DNA from: Phormidesmis sp.
GTDB taxonomy: Bacteria; Cyanobacteriota; Cyanobacteriia; Leptolyngbyales; Leptolyngbyaceae
Assembly (NCBI GenBank): GCA_965248535.1
Contig: CBDFJR010000002.1
Location: 928,001-992,000 of the forward strand
Direction: 5' to 3'
DNA: 64,000 nucleotides
The translations under genes were made by a program, and so were the position numbers. Positions 50,524-60,203 of this stretch are shown here, piece by piece. The first letter of the stretch is position 1, and each line of letters starts with the position of its first letter. Under the pieces are notes generated by a model that saw nothing but the letters and a program-made list of their open reading frames with translations, had not been told where the DNA came from and searched no databases.

Positions 50524-52230
50524 TCACCGTTTGCTATCTTGCCAAGCGTTCCCAATTCCTTTGACAATGCCGCGACCGATCAGCCCTAATCCTCGCCCAA
50601 TCACATCGGTGAGCAGATAGATCAGCCCACTGCCGACCCAAGCGATCGTGGCTTTTAATCGGGGTGAAATGGCATCTCGCGTTTCTAAAGCCAGCGTCAC
50701 GGCTAACCGCACCCCTGCCAATTGCTCAAGCTCAGGGCGACGGGGGGCATAGATCACAACCTGTCTAATGCCGGGCGAAGTCAACACAAACAGCCGATGT
50801 TGACTCTCAAAGATGGCGGTTGGCTCAGACACATAGCGATCAACGCGATATCTCCACGATAGATCATTGCGAAAGCGCTCAATGTCGCGAGTCGAGAGCA
50901 GGCGACGATCGTAAAAGCTTTGCTTGATGGCTTCTAAATCTGAAAACCGATTTAGCAATGGCTGCACGACCGCGTTGGCTAGCTGAATGGCAAGATTTTC
51001 CAACAGATCGGCGGCCCGATCGATCGCGTCTGGCGACCCGATCAAAGAGTCGGCATTGTCGATCGTCAGCGCTGACTCAAACAGCAGATGAGCATATAAA
51101 TCGACGACTAGAGGAATCTTATTCAGAATCTCTGCCTGAACGGTTTCTTCGTCTTGCAGCAGGGCCGTCACGACCTCTATATCCTGGTTTTTGACCCGCA
51201 GGGTGTAATATCGGCCAAAAAAGTCGATCGTCACAGCCTGCCACAAATCGCGCACGATCGCCGCCTGTTTTTCGGCAAGCTGATCGGGCTGAATCTGAGA
51301 AAACCGCAACTCGTCTAGACTCGCCTCAATCTGCCGCAAAATGATGTAGAACAATTCTCGCTTGCGCTCTGTCCGAAAAATATCGATTTCGAGCGGCGAA
51401 CTCGTCAAGTTTTCTAAACTCGATTGCAGTTTGGCAGAAATGGCATCAAACAGCGTTGATTGAAGCTCTCTAGCCGTTAAATCTGAAGTCCGATCAGGCA
51501 CAAGTTGAGAACTAGCCGGAAGCTGAGGCAAGGATTCTCTGACGGGAGATAGCGTTCTTGCTGACTCTGCCGTTGAGCTAGAAAGAACTCGCTTCACCAA
51601 CCATCGGGCAGCTTTAAGCTCTCTGCGCTGTCCGGTCAGGATGGCTTTGTCGAGCAACGATAGCCCAGGCAACTCAAGTTGAGCATTGAGATCGGTGAGT
51701 GCCGCTTCAATTTGCTGAAGGCTAGACGATCGTAGGGCTGCACGCACCCGGCTCAACAGACGCAACTGCTCAGATCGAGGAGCGATCGTCAAACGTTTCA
51801 CCTGGTCTGCATTCCAATAACGTTGACCCGTCGCCACCTGTCGAATCGCGTTCACCAACTCAGCGATCGAGCTTCCCCTAGGGCAATAGCCTTCAACACC
51901 GATTTGCAGGGCTTCTATCAGGAGAGAATCTGGCAGCGACCCGATCAGCAAAATGGGCAAGTCAGGCTGCTGAGTCTTGAGTTGTCGCAATAGCTCTAGA
52001 TCCACGGGCGATCGCGCCGCCAGTCCGCTGGTTTCTAACCCGACCAAAATCAGATCGAGCGGTGGGCTATCTGCCAGAGATCTCAAGGCTGCTGCGCCTG
52101 TTTCTGCCTCGATCGCCACTTGCAGATCAGACCATCGACTCAGCCCAGTCAACAGCCCCAGTCTCACAATGGGGTCTGCCTCAATCAACATCAGGTGTAA
52201 CCAGCGACTTGTCGGACGATCGAGCGACAC
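50524..52230 (-). CDS. Response-regulator-like protein with DUF3685 (Ycf55-like)
   Basis: Degenerate REC N-terminus; C-terminal LSTRDIERFRNDLSW, LETRDAISPR, GRGLGLIGRGI. Confidence 0.85.
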   Translation of the reverse strand: MSLDRPTSRWLHLMLIEADPIVRLGLLTGLSRWSDLQVAIEAETGAAALRSLADSPPLDLILVGLETSGLAARSPVDLELLRQLKTQQPDLPILLIGSLPDSLLIEALQIGVEGYCPRGSSIAELVNAIRQVATGQRYWNADQVKRLTIAPRSEQLRLLSRVRAALRSSSLQQIEAALTDLNAQLELPGLSLLDKAILTGQRRELKAARWLVKRVLSSSTAESARTLSPVRESLPQLPASSQLVPDRTSDLTARELQSTLFDAISAKLQSSLENLTSSPLEIDIFRTERKRELFYIILRQIEASLDELRFSQIQPDQLAEKQAAIVRDLWQAVTIDFFGRYYTLRVKNQDIEVVTALLQDEETVQAEILNKIPLVVDLYAHLLFESALTIDNADSLIGSPDAIDRAADLLENLAIQLANAVVQPLLNRFSDLEAIKQSFYDRRLLSTRDIERFRNDLSWRYRVDRYVSEPTAIFESQHRLFVLTSPGIRQVVIYAPRRPELEQLAGVRLAVTLALETRDAISPRLKATIAWVGSGLIYLLTDVIGRGLGLIGRGIVKGIGNAWQDSKR

Positions 52231-52272
52231 AGATCCACTCTCCTATTCCCTAGCTCCATAGTCCCACACTCG

Positions 52273-54300
52273 TCACTGAGGCGGACTTGGCTCTGAAGAG
52301 TCTGCGGGCGACTCTGATGCAGACGGCTCTGGAGACGATTCTGGGGCAGGGTCACGCCGACTGGCTGCTTCTTGCTCTCGTGCTCTCAAGATTGTGGCCC
52401 GCTCAACTGACCAGCGCGAAATGGCACCTTGAGCCTCTCGATAAAGCCCGCGTCTGGGTGAAATCTGAGCCGCTAGGTCGATCGCCCGCGTCAAATAGCC
52501 GCCACTAGCCAAGCTAGCCGCTTGATTGAGAATCGGCCGATCTTCAGCAATTTGAATCTGATAGACCCATTCTCCCACCAGAGATTGAGCCTCTCTATAG
52601 AGCGCCCGACCCGACTGCACTCTTGCAGCGACTTGAATCGCCTGCCCCAATTTGCCAGAGGTTGCCACTGCTTTAGCTTCGTCTAAGATCGGCTTGTCTT
52701 CGATGGTTTGGATCTGCACCGTCCAGTCCACAATGCTCGACTGCGCTTCTTGAGACAGCGCCCGCTGCGGCTTGACCAAACTCGCTAACGCCACCGCCGA
52801 TCGTAGAGGATCGAGCTTGCCCGTCTTGGCCAACTGTTGAGCCTGCCGCAGCACCGGGCGGTCTTCCATCCACTCGACTTCTTTTTGCCACTGAGCCAGC
52901 AGCGTTTGGGCATGAAGGCGACGCGGATGCTTGGGCGGAATCTGTTGGGCCTGGGCGATCGCCAGTTGCAGCGTGGAAATCTGCTGCACGTTGGATAGAG
53001 TGCTAGCAACATTTAGCTGCACGAGACCCTGGGCTTGCAGGTCTAATCGGGGCAAGAGGGCTTTAGCCTGGGCATAGAAAGGACTCTGAGCATTAATCTG
53101 CCGCAATAGCTGAATCGCCAGCCACAAAGGGGCAAGGCGCTCTAAAGCAGGCTGTCGATAGTCAGTGTCGGCATCGACTTCTTTAGCTCGAATTAACCGA
53201 ATCAGGTCTTGATGATCTGAAGTGAGGTTGACACTAGCGGGAATCGAACTGACTAGCGCGCTGGCTCCGGCTAGATCTTGTTTTCCTAAACGCACGACTG
53301 CTAGCCCAAAGACGGCATTGCGCCACTGCAACACGTCGGCTTTGGCTTGATCCCACACAAAGGTTTTGCGATTGATGGGGTCGGTGATGGCGATCGCCCG
53401 TCCCCACTGGTCAGGTGAGGTCGATTTGACAAAGTTTCGCGCATCTTTCAAATATTGCCACGCCACTTTTTCGTCGGTGGTGCGCTGCCGAATCTCACCT
53501 AGCCGATCTTGCCAGGAGGGATCGTTGATTAGACTCAGGGTAGCAATATGCTCAGAGGCAAGATCCCAGTTCTGCTTTTTGAGCGCGCTGAGAATCTTGT
53601 CATAGAGAATTTGCCCTTTGTTAAATTCTTCTCGCCAGCGTTTAACGGCGGTTTGAGCTTCTTTATAAACAGCACTTGATGCCGGAATTTGATTGGCTAA
53701 CGCGATGCCGCCTTTGAGATCTTTTTGAGCGACTCGATCGCGGGCCAACATTAACAAGGTGTTTGACCACTCTTGCATGAGAGCTTGGGCCTGACCATAG
53801 AGCGGGTGCTCTGAAGTCCAGTCTTTGACCAGTTTGATCGCGTCTAAAATTTGCTCTGGCTTTCCCGACCCTGCACTTTGTTGAGCACAAAACAGCCGCT
53901 CAGACTCAGCCGACCAGTTAGAAATCTGCTTACAGTCAACGGCTGGGGGAACTTTTGAGAGCCAGATAAACGCTGCGATCGCAGTTCCGCCCGCCGCCGC
54001 GAGAATTCCTAACCAGATTAGCTGCCACCTCAACGCTCTGGCGATCGGGCTTAAGGTTCGCAAGGTGCCTTGTGCGCCCAATGAGATTGTGCGGGCAGCG
54101 CCTTTCTGAAGCCTGGCAAATCGCGCAGCGGCTGGGCGCTGTTTGGGGTGAGTGGGAGGAGTGATGTCTTCGCGAATCACGTCTAAATCGGCTTCTAGCT
54201 GGTCATTCTGCGGTTTAGAAGGCAATGCACGGTCTGCTTCTTCAAATTTAGGTTTTTGAAAGACCTGAAGCCAGGAAGGAGTCGGGGGTTTTCTAGCCAT
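52273..54300 (-). CDS. Conserved cyanobacterial membrane-anchored helical-repeat protein
   Basis: Single TM, C..ASERLFCAQ-like motif, three repeats of ED[RK]P[IV]L..A...A..G.L..A. Confidence 0.75.
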   Translation of the reverse strand: MARKPPTPSWLQVFQKPKFEEADRALPSKPQNDQLEADLDVIREDITPPTHPKQRPAAARFARLQKGAARTISLGAQGTLRTLSPIARALRWQLIWLGILAAAGGTAIAAFIWLSKVPPAVDCKQISNWSAESERLFCAQQSAGSGKPEQILDAIKLVKDWTSEHPLYGQAQALMQEWSNTLLMLARDRVAQKDLKGGIALANQIPASSAVYKEAQTAVKRWREEFNKGQILYDKILSALKKQNWDLASEHIATLSLINDPSWQDRLGEIRQRTTDEKVAWQYLKDARNFVKSTSPDQWGRAIAITDPINRKTFVWDQAKADVLQWRNAVFGLAVVRLGKQDLAGASALVSSIPASVNLTSDHQDLIRLIRAKEVDADTDYRQPALERLAPLWLAIQLLRQINAQSPFYAQAKALLPRLDLQAQGLVQLNVASTLSNVQQISTLQLAIAQAQQIPPKHPRRLHAQTLLAQWQKEVEWMEDRPVLRQAQQLAKTGKLDPLRSAVALASLVKPQRALSQEAQSSIVDWTVQIQTIEDKPILDEAKAVATSGKLGQAIQVAARVQSGRALYREAQSLVGEWVYQIQIAEDRPILNQAASLASGGYLTRAIDLAAQISPRRGLYREAQGAISRWSVERATILRAREQEAASRRDPAPESSPEPSASESPADSSEPSPPQ

Positions 54301-54510
54301 GAATTACAGCGATCGCACAGGTCGGGTTCGGCTATTCTACAGTCGGTTTGGGCAGTTGATTGAGCCGATTTTGAACCAGTCCAACCCCAACTTGCCTGAG
54401 CTATTTAAATATCCCCAGCAGGCAGAGCGGCTAGATTTCGGGAAGCAATCGCACGCGATTAAGAAATGGAAAATCAACCACTTTAAAAACCTTGCTGTCG
54501 GAGACACGCT

Positions 54511-54522
54511 GAACCTTGAAAA
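54511..54522 (+). promoter_or_regulatory. boxA-like antitermination motif
   Basis: GAACCTTGAAAA, the boxA sequence of cyanobacterial rRNA spacers (from recall), upstream of a hairpin series. Confidence 0.5.
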
Positions 54523-54636
54523 TCTATGCGGTTCTACTGCATTTTTCTAGACTCCCCCTCGCAGTAAGATTCAGAGGAGCTAGACAAACAGCATTTTGAG
54601 GCCTATCTGCTTCAAACTTAAACAGGACTTGCGGCG

Positions 54637-54676
54637 CTCAGTGCTGAAGACGGGTTTCCCGTCGCAGGCAACTGAG
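54637..54676. repeat. Small dispersed repeat-like hairpin
   Basis: CTCAG..GACGGG-TTT-CCCGTC..CTGAG nested stem. Confidence 0.5.
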
Positions 54677-54690
54677 TAATAGAAGCGCAA

Positions 54691-54827
54691 ATAGGGTAGG
54701 GCATACCCGAATTAACGCTTGGGGAGAATCCCACCTCTGGTCTAGATGACGCAAGGACTCTAGGTTAAGTGGTTTCATTGAACCAAGAATCCCACGGCTT
54801 TAGCTTTGCGGAGCCGTGGGAGTGTCA
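54691..54827 (+). ncRNA. TnpB omegaRNA-like scaffold and IS200/IS605 right end, without tnpB
   Basis: GGGTA-GGGCA-TACCC hairpin, ACGCTTGGGGAGA, CCAAGAATCCCACGGCT..AGCCGTGGGAGTGTCA right-end hairpin; homologous to 5560-5757. Confidence 0.75.
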
Positions 54828-54909
54828 TCCCCGCATTAATGAAGTGGCTAACCGAAGATTTAACGTACAAGTCTTTGGCGATGAGGCGATAGTCTTGGGC
54901 GGCCGATCC

Positions 54910-54933
54910 TTGGGGGCGTGCCCCCAAACCCCC
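54910..54933. repeat. Short palindromic repeat
   Basis: TTGGGGG-CGTG-CCCCCAA followed by ACCCCC. Confidence 0.5.
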
Positions 54934-55023
54934 TGCAAACGAAATCTTGGCTAAGGAGTTCGATATGACTCTTCAGAGTTAGTTTGGCGGACTACTAGGA
55001 GCAAGGCATGGCATTGCTTTATC

Positions 55024-55144
55024 TAAGTAGGTAGGCTGGATTAAACGTAGGATGGTCTAGAGCAGCATAACCCATACTGGTCAAGGATTTTGCGCTTTGT
55101 GAAGAGCCTACGGCGTTTTACAAATAGTTACGCCCTCCTACTTA
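55024..55144. mobile_element. MITE of about 120 bp with terminal inverted repeats and TA ends (IS630-like)
   Basis: TAAGTAGGTAGGC ... GCCCTCCTACTTA, 11 of 13 bases complementary; TA at both termini; no ORF. Confidence 0.65.
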
Positions 55145-55199
55145 TGGGAGGCTGCCAGTTGCCGCTCTGATTTAGTTCACGATCGCTAAGTTCATCGTT

Positions 55200-55646
55200 C
55201 TAGGGGGTTTGCTCAGTGCGATAGCCGTAGAAATCAATGTGATATTCGGTGATGCGAACTCCGGTCTGGGCCTCCACCTGACGAATCAGATCTTCGGGCA
55301 AGTCAATGTGAATATCTAAAATTTGCTTGGTGTCGATGCAGTTGACATGGCTATGAGCGTCGCTGACGTTGCCATAAAGACGACCGTCTGAGCGCTCAAT
55401 GCACTCGATAATGCCTTGCTCAGACAGGGCTTCGAGATTTTGGTAGACCGACGTGTGACCAATATCTTTGCCCTGACGGTTGAGCCGATCGTAGATCTCG
55501 CGAGCCGATAGGTGCTCTTGCTCGTGCCAAAGTAGCTCCAAGATAAAACGACGCTGACGACTCAGGCGCATTCCTAAATTCTGACAGCGCTCGATCGCAT
55601 CGTCTAGCGATCGAATCGGTTTTGAGATGGGTGCTTCGCTTTGCAT
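55200..55646 (-). CDS. furC: Fur-family regulator, cyanobacterial FurC/PerR type
   Basis: GMRLSRQRRFILELLW..EHLSAREIYDRL..IGHTSVYQNLEAL..DAHSHVNC. Confidence 0.85.
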   Translation of the reverse strand: MQSEAPISKPIRSLDDAIERCQNLGMRLSRQRRFILELLWHEQEHLSAREIYDRLNRQGKDIGHTSVYQNLEALSEQGIIECIERSDGRLYGNVSDAHSHVNCIDTKQILDIHIDLPEDLIRQVEAQTGVRITEYHIDFYGYRTEQTP

Positions 55647-55887
55647 ACTAAAGTTAGAGGGGTAGGCTATCAGTTGCGTAATCTGCGGTCAAGAATTCAG
55701 AGTTAAACCCGATGAATAGGAGTGATTCTTAATTTATGACTCTGAAAAATCGATTCTTTACGTCCTTTCGGTAGATTACAGCTTGACACCTACCTGCTTT
55801 AGTTCTATCACACGCTAAAGCAAACTCGCTACAACTTTATCTTAGTCTCAGTTCTAAAGTCTTTAGTTTTTCGGTCATCTCAAGCTA

Positions 55888-56217
55888 ATGGCAGTTTATC
55901 AAGTCAGACTGGTTAACCTCGATTTAGGACTCGATCGCACGATCGCCGTCCCTGATGATGAATACATTTTAGATATTGCTGAAACGATGGGCATTAGGTT
56001 GCCGTCGGGGTGCAAACAGGGAGACTGCTCGGTCTGTATTGCCAAACTTGTTGAGGGCGACGTTGACCAAAGTGAGCAAGAATTTTTGCGCGATGGTGAA
56101 GTGGCGGCAGGCTATCGGGTGACGTGTGTGGCCTATCCCCGATCGGACTGCACTCTGTTGACTCATCAAGAGCAGACCCTCTATCAATCATCGCTTTATC
56201 ACAAACCCGAAGGCTGA
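55888..56217 (+). CDS. 2Fe-2S ferredoxin (minor plant-type)
   Basis: LPSGCKQGDCSVC..VTCVAYPRSD. Confidence 0.9.
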   Translation: MAVYQVRLVNLDLGLDRTIAVPDDEYILDIAETMGIRLPSGCKQGDCSVCIAKLVEGDVDQSEQEFLRDGEVAAGYRVTCVAYPRSDCTLLTHQEQTLYQSSLYHKPEG

Positions 56218-56636
56218 TGATTTAAATCAAGTCCTTGCTGAATCCAGATCAAACACTCTGACTCACTTTTAAAGATTTTGGGAGCTGCGATGTTTGTCAA
56301 CTCGCTCGGAGGGTAGTGATCATAAAAAATCTTTCTGCCTTGACGCAGGACGATGATCAGATTATTTCGGTAGGTGTAGCGGCATCGGAAATAATCAGTG
56401 TCATTCTCAATTTCTGAGTGGTGCGTCAGGTGAGTTTGGGCAATTTTGATCACGTTCTCAATTTGACTTGAAAACTCATCAGGCGGATTGGTTGCCTTGT
56501 GAAAACGTCCCCGATGTCCTGACTCTGACAGCAGCGTGTAGGAATAAATGTCTTCTCCAGCGATCGACCCGACACTAAACGGAATAATCAGATATCCCTG
56601 GTAAGTGACGGAGTTTTCGTAAAGCAGTCTTGCCAT
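56199..56636 (-). CDS. Conserved cyanobacterial hypothetical protein
   Basis: LLYENSVTYQGYLIIPF, FYDHYPP.ELTNIAAPK; about 145 aa. Confidence 0.65.
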   Translation of the reverse strand: MARLLYENSVTYQGYLIIPFSVGSIAGEDIYSYTLLSESGHRGRFHKATNPPDEFSSQIENVIKIAQTHLTHHSEIENDTDYFRCRYTYRNNLIIVLRQGRKIFYDHYPPSELTNIAAPKIFKSESECLIWIQQGLDLNHQPSGL

Positions 56637-56741
56637 CGTTTTTTGCCGCAAACCCTAAATAACAATTTATTTCTGTGGTCATTCAGGGTTGAAAAAGTTT
56701 CTTGGAGCGTGGGTTGAATAATATTGGTTATTCGCAGAGAT

Positions 56742-56795
56742 TAGGGCACGGCATTGCCGTGCCCGTACGATCAGCTTGGGCAGGGCATTGCCATA
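56742..56795. repeat. REP-like palindrome plus a partial second copy
   Basis: GGGCACGGCA-T-TGCCGTGCCC followed by GGGCAGGGCATTGCC. Confidence 0.6.
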
Positions 56796-56832
56796 ACGTG
56801 GAGTCTGTTGGGTTTGGTTTGAGAGACGGCTC

Positions 56833-58005
56833 TTAGTGATGATGTCCGTGATCGTGGCTGTGCCCGTGGCCGTCGTGGCTGTGATGATCGTGATGGTGGG
56901 CTTGAGAAGCGGCCAGCGTCGGGTTTACCGCCATGGCTTGCTCTGACAGCAGCGCTTCGATTTGAGGATGGGCCCAATCGGCCACCATCTGCAAAAAGTC
57001 AGGATCGTCATTGGCACAAGCCATTTGCACATAGGTTACATCAGGACGCTTTTTGCGTAACCCATGAATGATGTGATCGACATCTAGCAGCGTTTCGTGA
57101 TTTTCGGTGGCAAAGCCGATCGGCATAAACACCAAGGCGGTGGCTCCCAAATCGATCAGGTTTCTTGCGGCTAAGTCTGCGTTTGGCTGCGTCCAGTCGA
57201 TCAGCGGCGTTTGGTGATTGAGCCAGCCGACTGAGATCAGAGGATATTTGTAAAGTAGACGTTCGCGCACCCGATCGTAGAGTTTTTGACTCTCGTCGAT
57301 GCCAGATGTAAAGCCCTTTGCCTTGTGGGGGCACCCGTGATTCATCAGCACGATGCCAATTTGGGAGGGCAAGTGGGCCACTGCCAACTCAGATTTGATC
57401 TTGGCTTCGACCAGGTTTGCCATCAAATCGATATATTCTGGCTCAGAATAAAACGAAGGAATGTAGCGAGTTCCTTTTAGCCAGTGTTCTTGACCGGGGT
57501 CTGCCAAAGCTGAGAGCGCCTTGTTGACTTGCTCAACGGCGATGCCGCTCGTGAAGATAGAATCGACGACCAAAAGCGGGTAGATCAGAATCTTGTCAAA
57601 CCCTTCTGCTTTGACTTCTTCTAAAACTTGATCGGGCAAGAAAGGCTTGCAGAAGTTGAAAGCCTTAAAGACTTTGACGCGATCGCCCCAGCGATTTTGC
57701 AACGCCTTTTCAACCCCGGCGCGCTGCTGCTCAAAAATGGCATTGTGAGGCGAGATGAAGTGATCGTGTTGATGACTCCACTCGTGCAGGTCAAACACCG
57801 CTAGAAGCTTTGCTAAAGGGGGATAGACCCAGGTTGGAACGGGGGCAAACTTGGCGGTTAAGAGATTTAACGCCTGCTCGTTATAGTTGGCAAAATCTTC
57901 ATAGCTCTCGACTTCGCCATAGCCCATGAGCAAAACGGCAACGCGATCGCCCGAAGTCGAGGCTTCTAATCCAGACTGATAAATTTTTTCGGGGGTAGCA
58001 ACCAC
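56833..58005 (-). CDS. Ferrochelatase-family (class II chelatase) protein with His-rich tail
   Basis: VLLMGYG, ISPHN, ILIYPL, LMNHG, W..P, PIGFATENHETL; C-terminal HHHDHHSHDGHGHSHDHGHHH; no CAB domain. Confidence 0.8.
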   Translation of the reverse strand: MVATPEKIYQSGLEASTSGDRVAVLLMGYGEVESYEDFANYNEQALNLLTAKFAPVPTWVYPPLAKLLAVFDLHEWSHQHDHFISPHNAIFEQQRAGVEKALQNRWGDRVKVFKAFNFCKPFLPDQVLEEVKAEGFDKILIYPLLVVDSIFTSGIAVEQVNKALSALADPGQEHWLKGTRYIPSFYSEPEYIDLMANLVEAKIKSELAVAHLPSQIGIVLMNHGCPHKAKGFTSGIDESQKLYDRVRERLLYKYPLISVGWLNHQTPLIDWTQPNADLAARNLIDLGATALVFMPIGFATENHETLLDVDHIIHGLRKKRPDVTYVQMACANDDPDFLQMVADWAHPQIEALLSEQAMAVNPTLAASQAHHHDHHSHDGHGHSHDHGHHH

Positions 58006-58159
58006 TTTTTGTCTCTCAAATTAACGTGGACAGGTGTAGGTGCACCAAGAATAAGGGTGTGGCACAACTCTCACGCTACTTAGGCTAACATCCCCTACTG
58101 GGGGATAACTGCACCAAAGGTTATGACATCGTTAAAATCAGTTTAGAGAGCGTGGAGAA

Positions 58160-58711
58160 TTGGCTGTGAAACTTGTGATCTGTCCCGGAATCCATCGATC
58201 GCACCTCACTCAAAGCTTTGTGGCGGCCCTGCATCTCCAGCCAGAGACCTTGATTTTTCCGACTGATGAGGCTCCTGCTTATTCTCCGCATCACCTGTTA
58301 GAGTTTTTGTCCTCAACTGAGGCGACGACTCCCCTAACATTCATTGCCTTTAGCGCCGGGGTTGTGGCTGCGATCGGGGCGGCTCGTCTCTGGCAAAAAC
58401 AAGGAGGCACCGTTTGCGCCCTGATTGCCCTCGATGGGTGGGGCGTTCCGTTAGGGGGAGATTTTGCGATTCATCGGGTCAGTCACGATCGCTTTACGGC
58501 CCAGAGTTCGGCTTGGCTGGGGGGAGGTGACGCAGACAGTTTTTATGCTGACCCTGCTGTGGATCATTTGACCCTGTGGCGATCGCCCCAAACCGTTCGA
58601 GGCTATCGAGTCGTCGCTCGTCAACCATCAGGCACACCCTCCACCACGGCCGCCAGTTTTATAACTGCGCTATTGCAGCACTACGATCCTTCTCTGTCAA
58701 CGAGACACTAG
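58160..58711 (+). CDS. Alpha/beta-hydrolase-like conserved hypothetical protein
   Basis: ICPGIH, AFSAGVVAA, ALDGWGVP, SHDRFT, VDHLTLW. Confidence 0.7.
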   Translation: MAVKLVICPGIHRSHLTQSFVAALHLQPETLIFPTDEAPAYSPHHLLEFLSSTEATTPLTFIAFSAGVVAAIGAARLWQKQGGTVCALIALDGWGVPLGGDFAIHRVSHDRFTAQSSAWLGGGDADSFYADPAVDHLTLWRSPQTVRGYRVVARQPSGTPSTTAASFITALLQHYDPSLSTRH

Positions 58712-58886
58712 AGGTGAATCCTAATTTGTCTTTGCGGCTTCATGGTTGCTTAAAACAATCCTGGTCGCCCTCTCGTCGAGGTGTATTTCAGATAAAGTTG
58801 TGATGGATCGGGTCTAAAGGCTGCATAATGCCTAGACCTGACCCACAGAGAGGGTTTTCACCTGATTTCTAAAATCTCTCCACTCT

Positions 58887-60185
58887 ATGCTTCCTACTCG
58901 TTCTCAGCCCTCTCGTAATGGCTTTTTAGCGCTGCTTCACAATCGCCCCTTTATGATGCTGTGGAGTGGGCAAGTTTTGTCCCAACTGGCTGATAAAGTT
59001 TTTTTTGTGCTGCTGATTGCGCTTTTGAGTGACTATGGTTCTTCGCCTGAAACTGAGAACTCCATGCGATCGGCAGTGATGATTGCAGCGACGCTACCCG
59101 CGATTTTTTTTGGCTCGGCGGCGGGCATTTTTGTCGATCGCTATGACAAAAAAACCATTCTGAGCGGCTGCAACATCTGGCGCGGTGTGATGTTGCTGCT
59201 GTTGCCACTGCCGTTTTTGCCCAAGGCCTTTATGATCTTGGTGGCGATCGCGTTTTTAGAATCCGTCTTGACTCAGTTTTTTGCCCCCGCAGAGCAAGCC
59301 ACCATTCCCCTTTTGGTGAAACCAGAGAATCTGCTAACGGCCAATGCGCTGTTTACCACGACGATGATGGGGTCATTGATTGTGGGGTTTGCGATCGGTG
59401 ACCCCCTGCTTAAACTGGCGAGTGGATTTAACTCAGAGTGGGGACGAGAACTTCTAGTCGGAGGCTTGTATCTGCTAGCGGGAATCGTGCTGTATTTGAT
59501 GCCCATCCAAGAAAAAAAATATCAGAGTGACGCGATCGCTCCGGTGCATCCGTGGAGCGACTTTAAAGAAGGGCTGTCTTATCTGCGTCAAGACTGCTTG
59601 GTGAGATATGCCATGCTGCAACTCATGATTCTCTACTCTGTTTTAGCTGCATTGACGGTGTTGGCGATCAACCTGACGCAAAAAATCGGGCTAGAAAAAA
59701 CTCAGTTTGGCTTGCTGCTGGCGGCAGCGGGTGTAGGCATGGTGTTTGGTGCAGGAGCGTTGGGTCATTGGGGCGATCGCTTTCGGCAAAAACCCTTGCC
59801 TCTGGTCGGCTTTGTTTGCATGGCGTTTGTGCTCACCATGTTTTCGTTTACCTCCGATCGGGGGTTGAGCTTGGCGTTGTCGGGCTTTTTTGGGTTAGGA
59901 GCCTCTTTGGTGGCCGTTCCGATGCAGACTTTAATTCAGCAAAGAACGCCAGAGGCCATGCGAGGAAAGGTGTTTGGCTTTCAAAATAACATTGTCAATA
60001 TTGCCCTCAGCCTGCCCCTAGCCATTACTGGGCCGCTCATTGATGCGATTAATAACCTGGTCGCCCGCAATCCTCAGTCTGAATTGGGATTGAGATCGGT
60101 GCTGATTGGCATGAGTGTGGTGGTGACGATCGTCGGCATCTGGGCCTGGCGCAGCACTCGACGGGGTTTGCAAAACGCGGTTTGA
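58887..60185 (+). CDS. MFS transporter (DHA3-like)
   Basis: LWSGQVLSQLADK, AGIFVDRYDKK, QFFAPAEQA, MRGKVFG. Confidence 0.9.
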   Translation: MLPTRSQPSRNGFLALLHNRPFMMLWSGQVLSQLADKVFFVLLIALLSDYGSSPETENSMRSAVMIAATLPAIFFGSAAGIFVDRYDKKTILSGCNIWRGVMLLLLPLPFLPKAFMILVAIAFLESVLTQFFAPAEQATIPLLVKPENLLTANALFTTTMMGSLIVGFAIGDPLLKLASGFNSEWGRELLVGGLYLLAGIVLYLMPIQEKKYQSDAIAPVHPWSDFKEGLSYLRQDCLVRYAMLQLMILYSVLAALTVLAINLTQKIGLEKTQFGLLLAAAGVGMVFGAGALGHWGDRFRQKPLPLVGFVCMAFVLTMFSFTSDRGLSLALSGFFGLGASLVAVPMQTLIQQRTPEAMRGKVFGFQNNIVNIALSLPLAITGPLIDAINNLVARNPQSELGLRSVLIGMSVVVTIVGIWAWRSTRRGLQNAV

Positions 60186-60203
60186 TCGATAGTTTTGATC
60201 GCG

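Noticed and set aside
54828..54850. Match of the putative guide to GCATTAATG near 28168
   Set aside because: Only 9 nt, expected by chance
54299..54954. Short ORFs 54299-54550 and 54769-54954 as tnpB fragments or genes
   Set aside because: No RuvC or zinc-finger motifs; they overlap structured non-coding sequence
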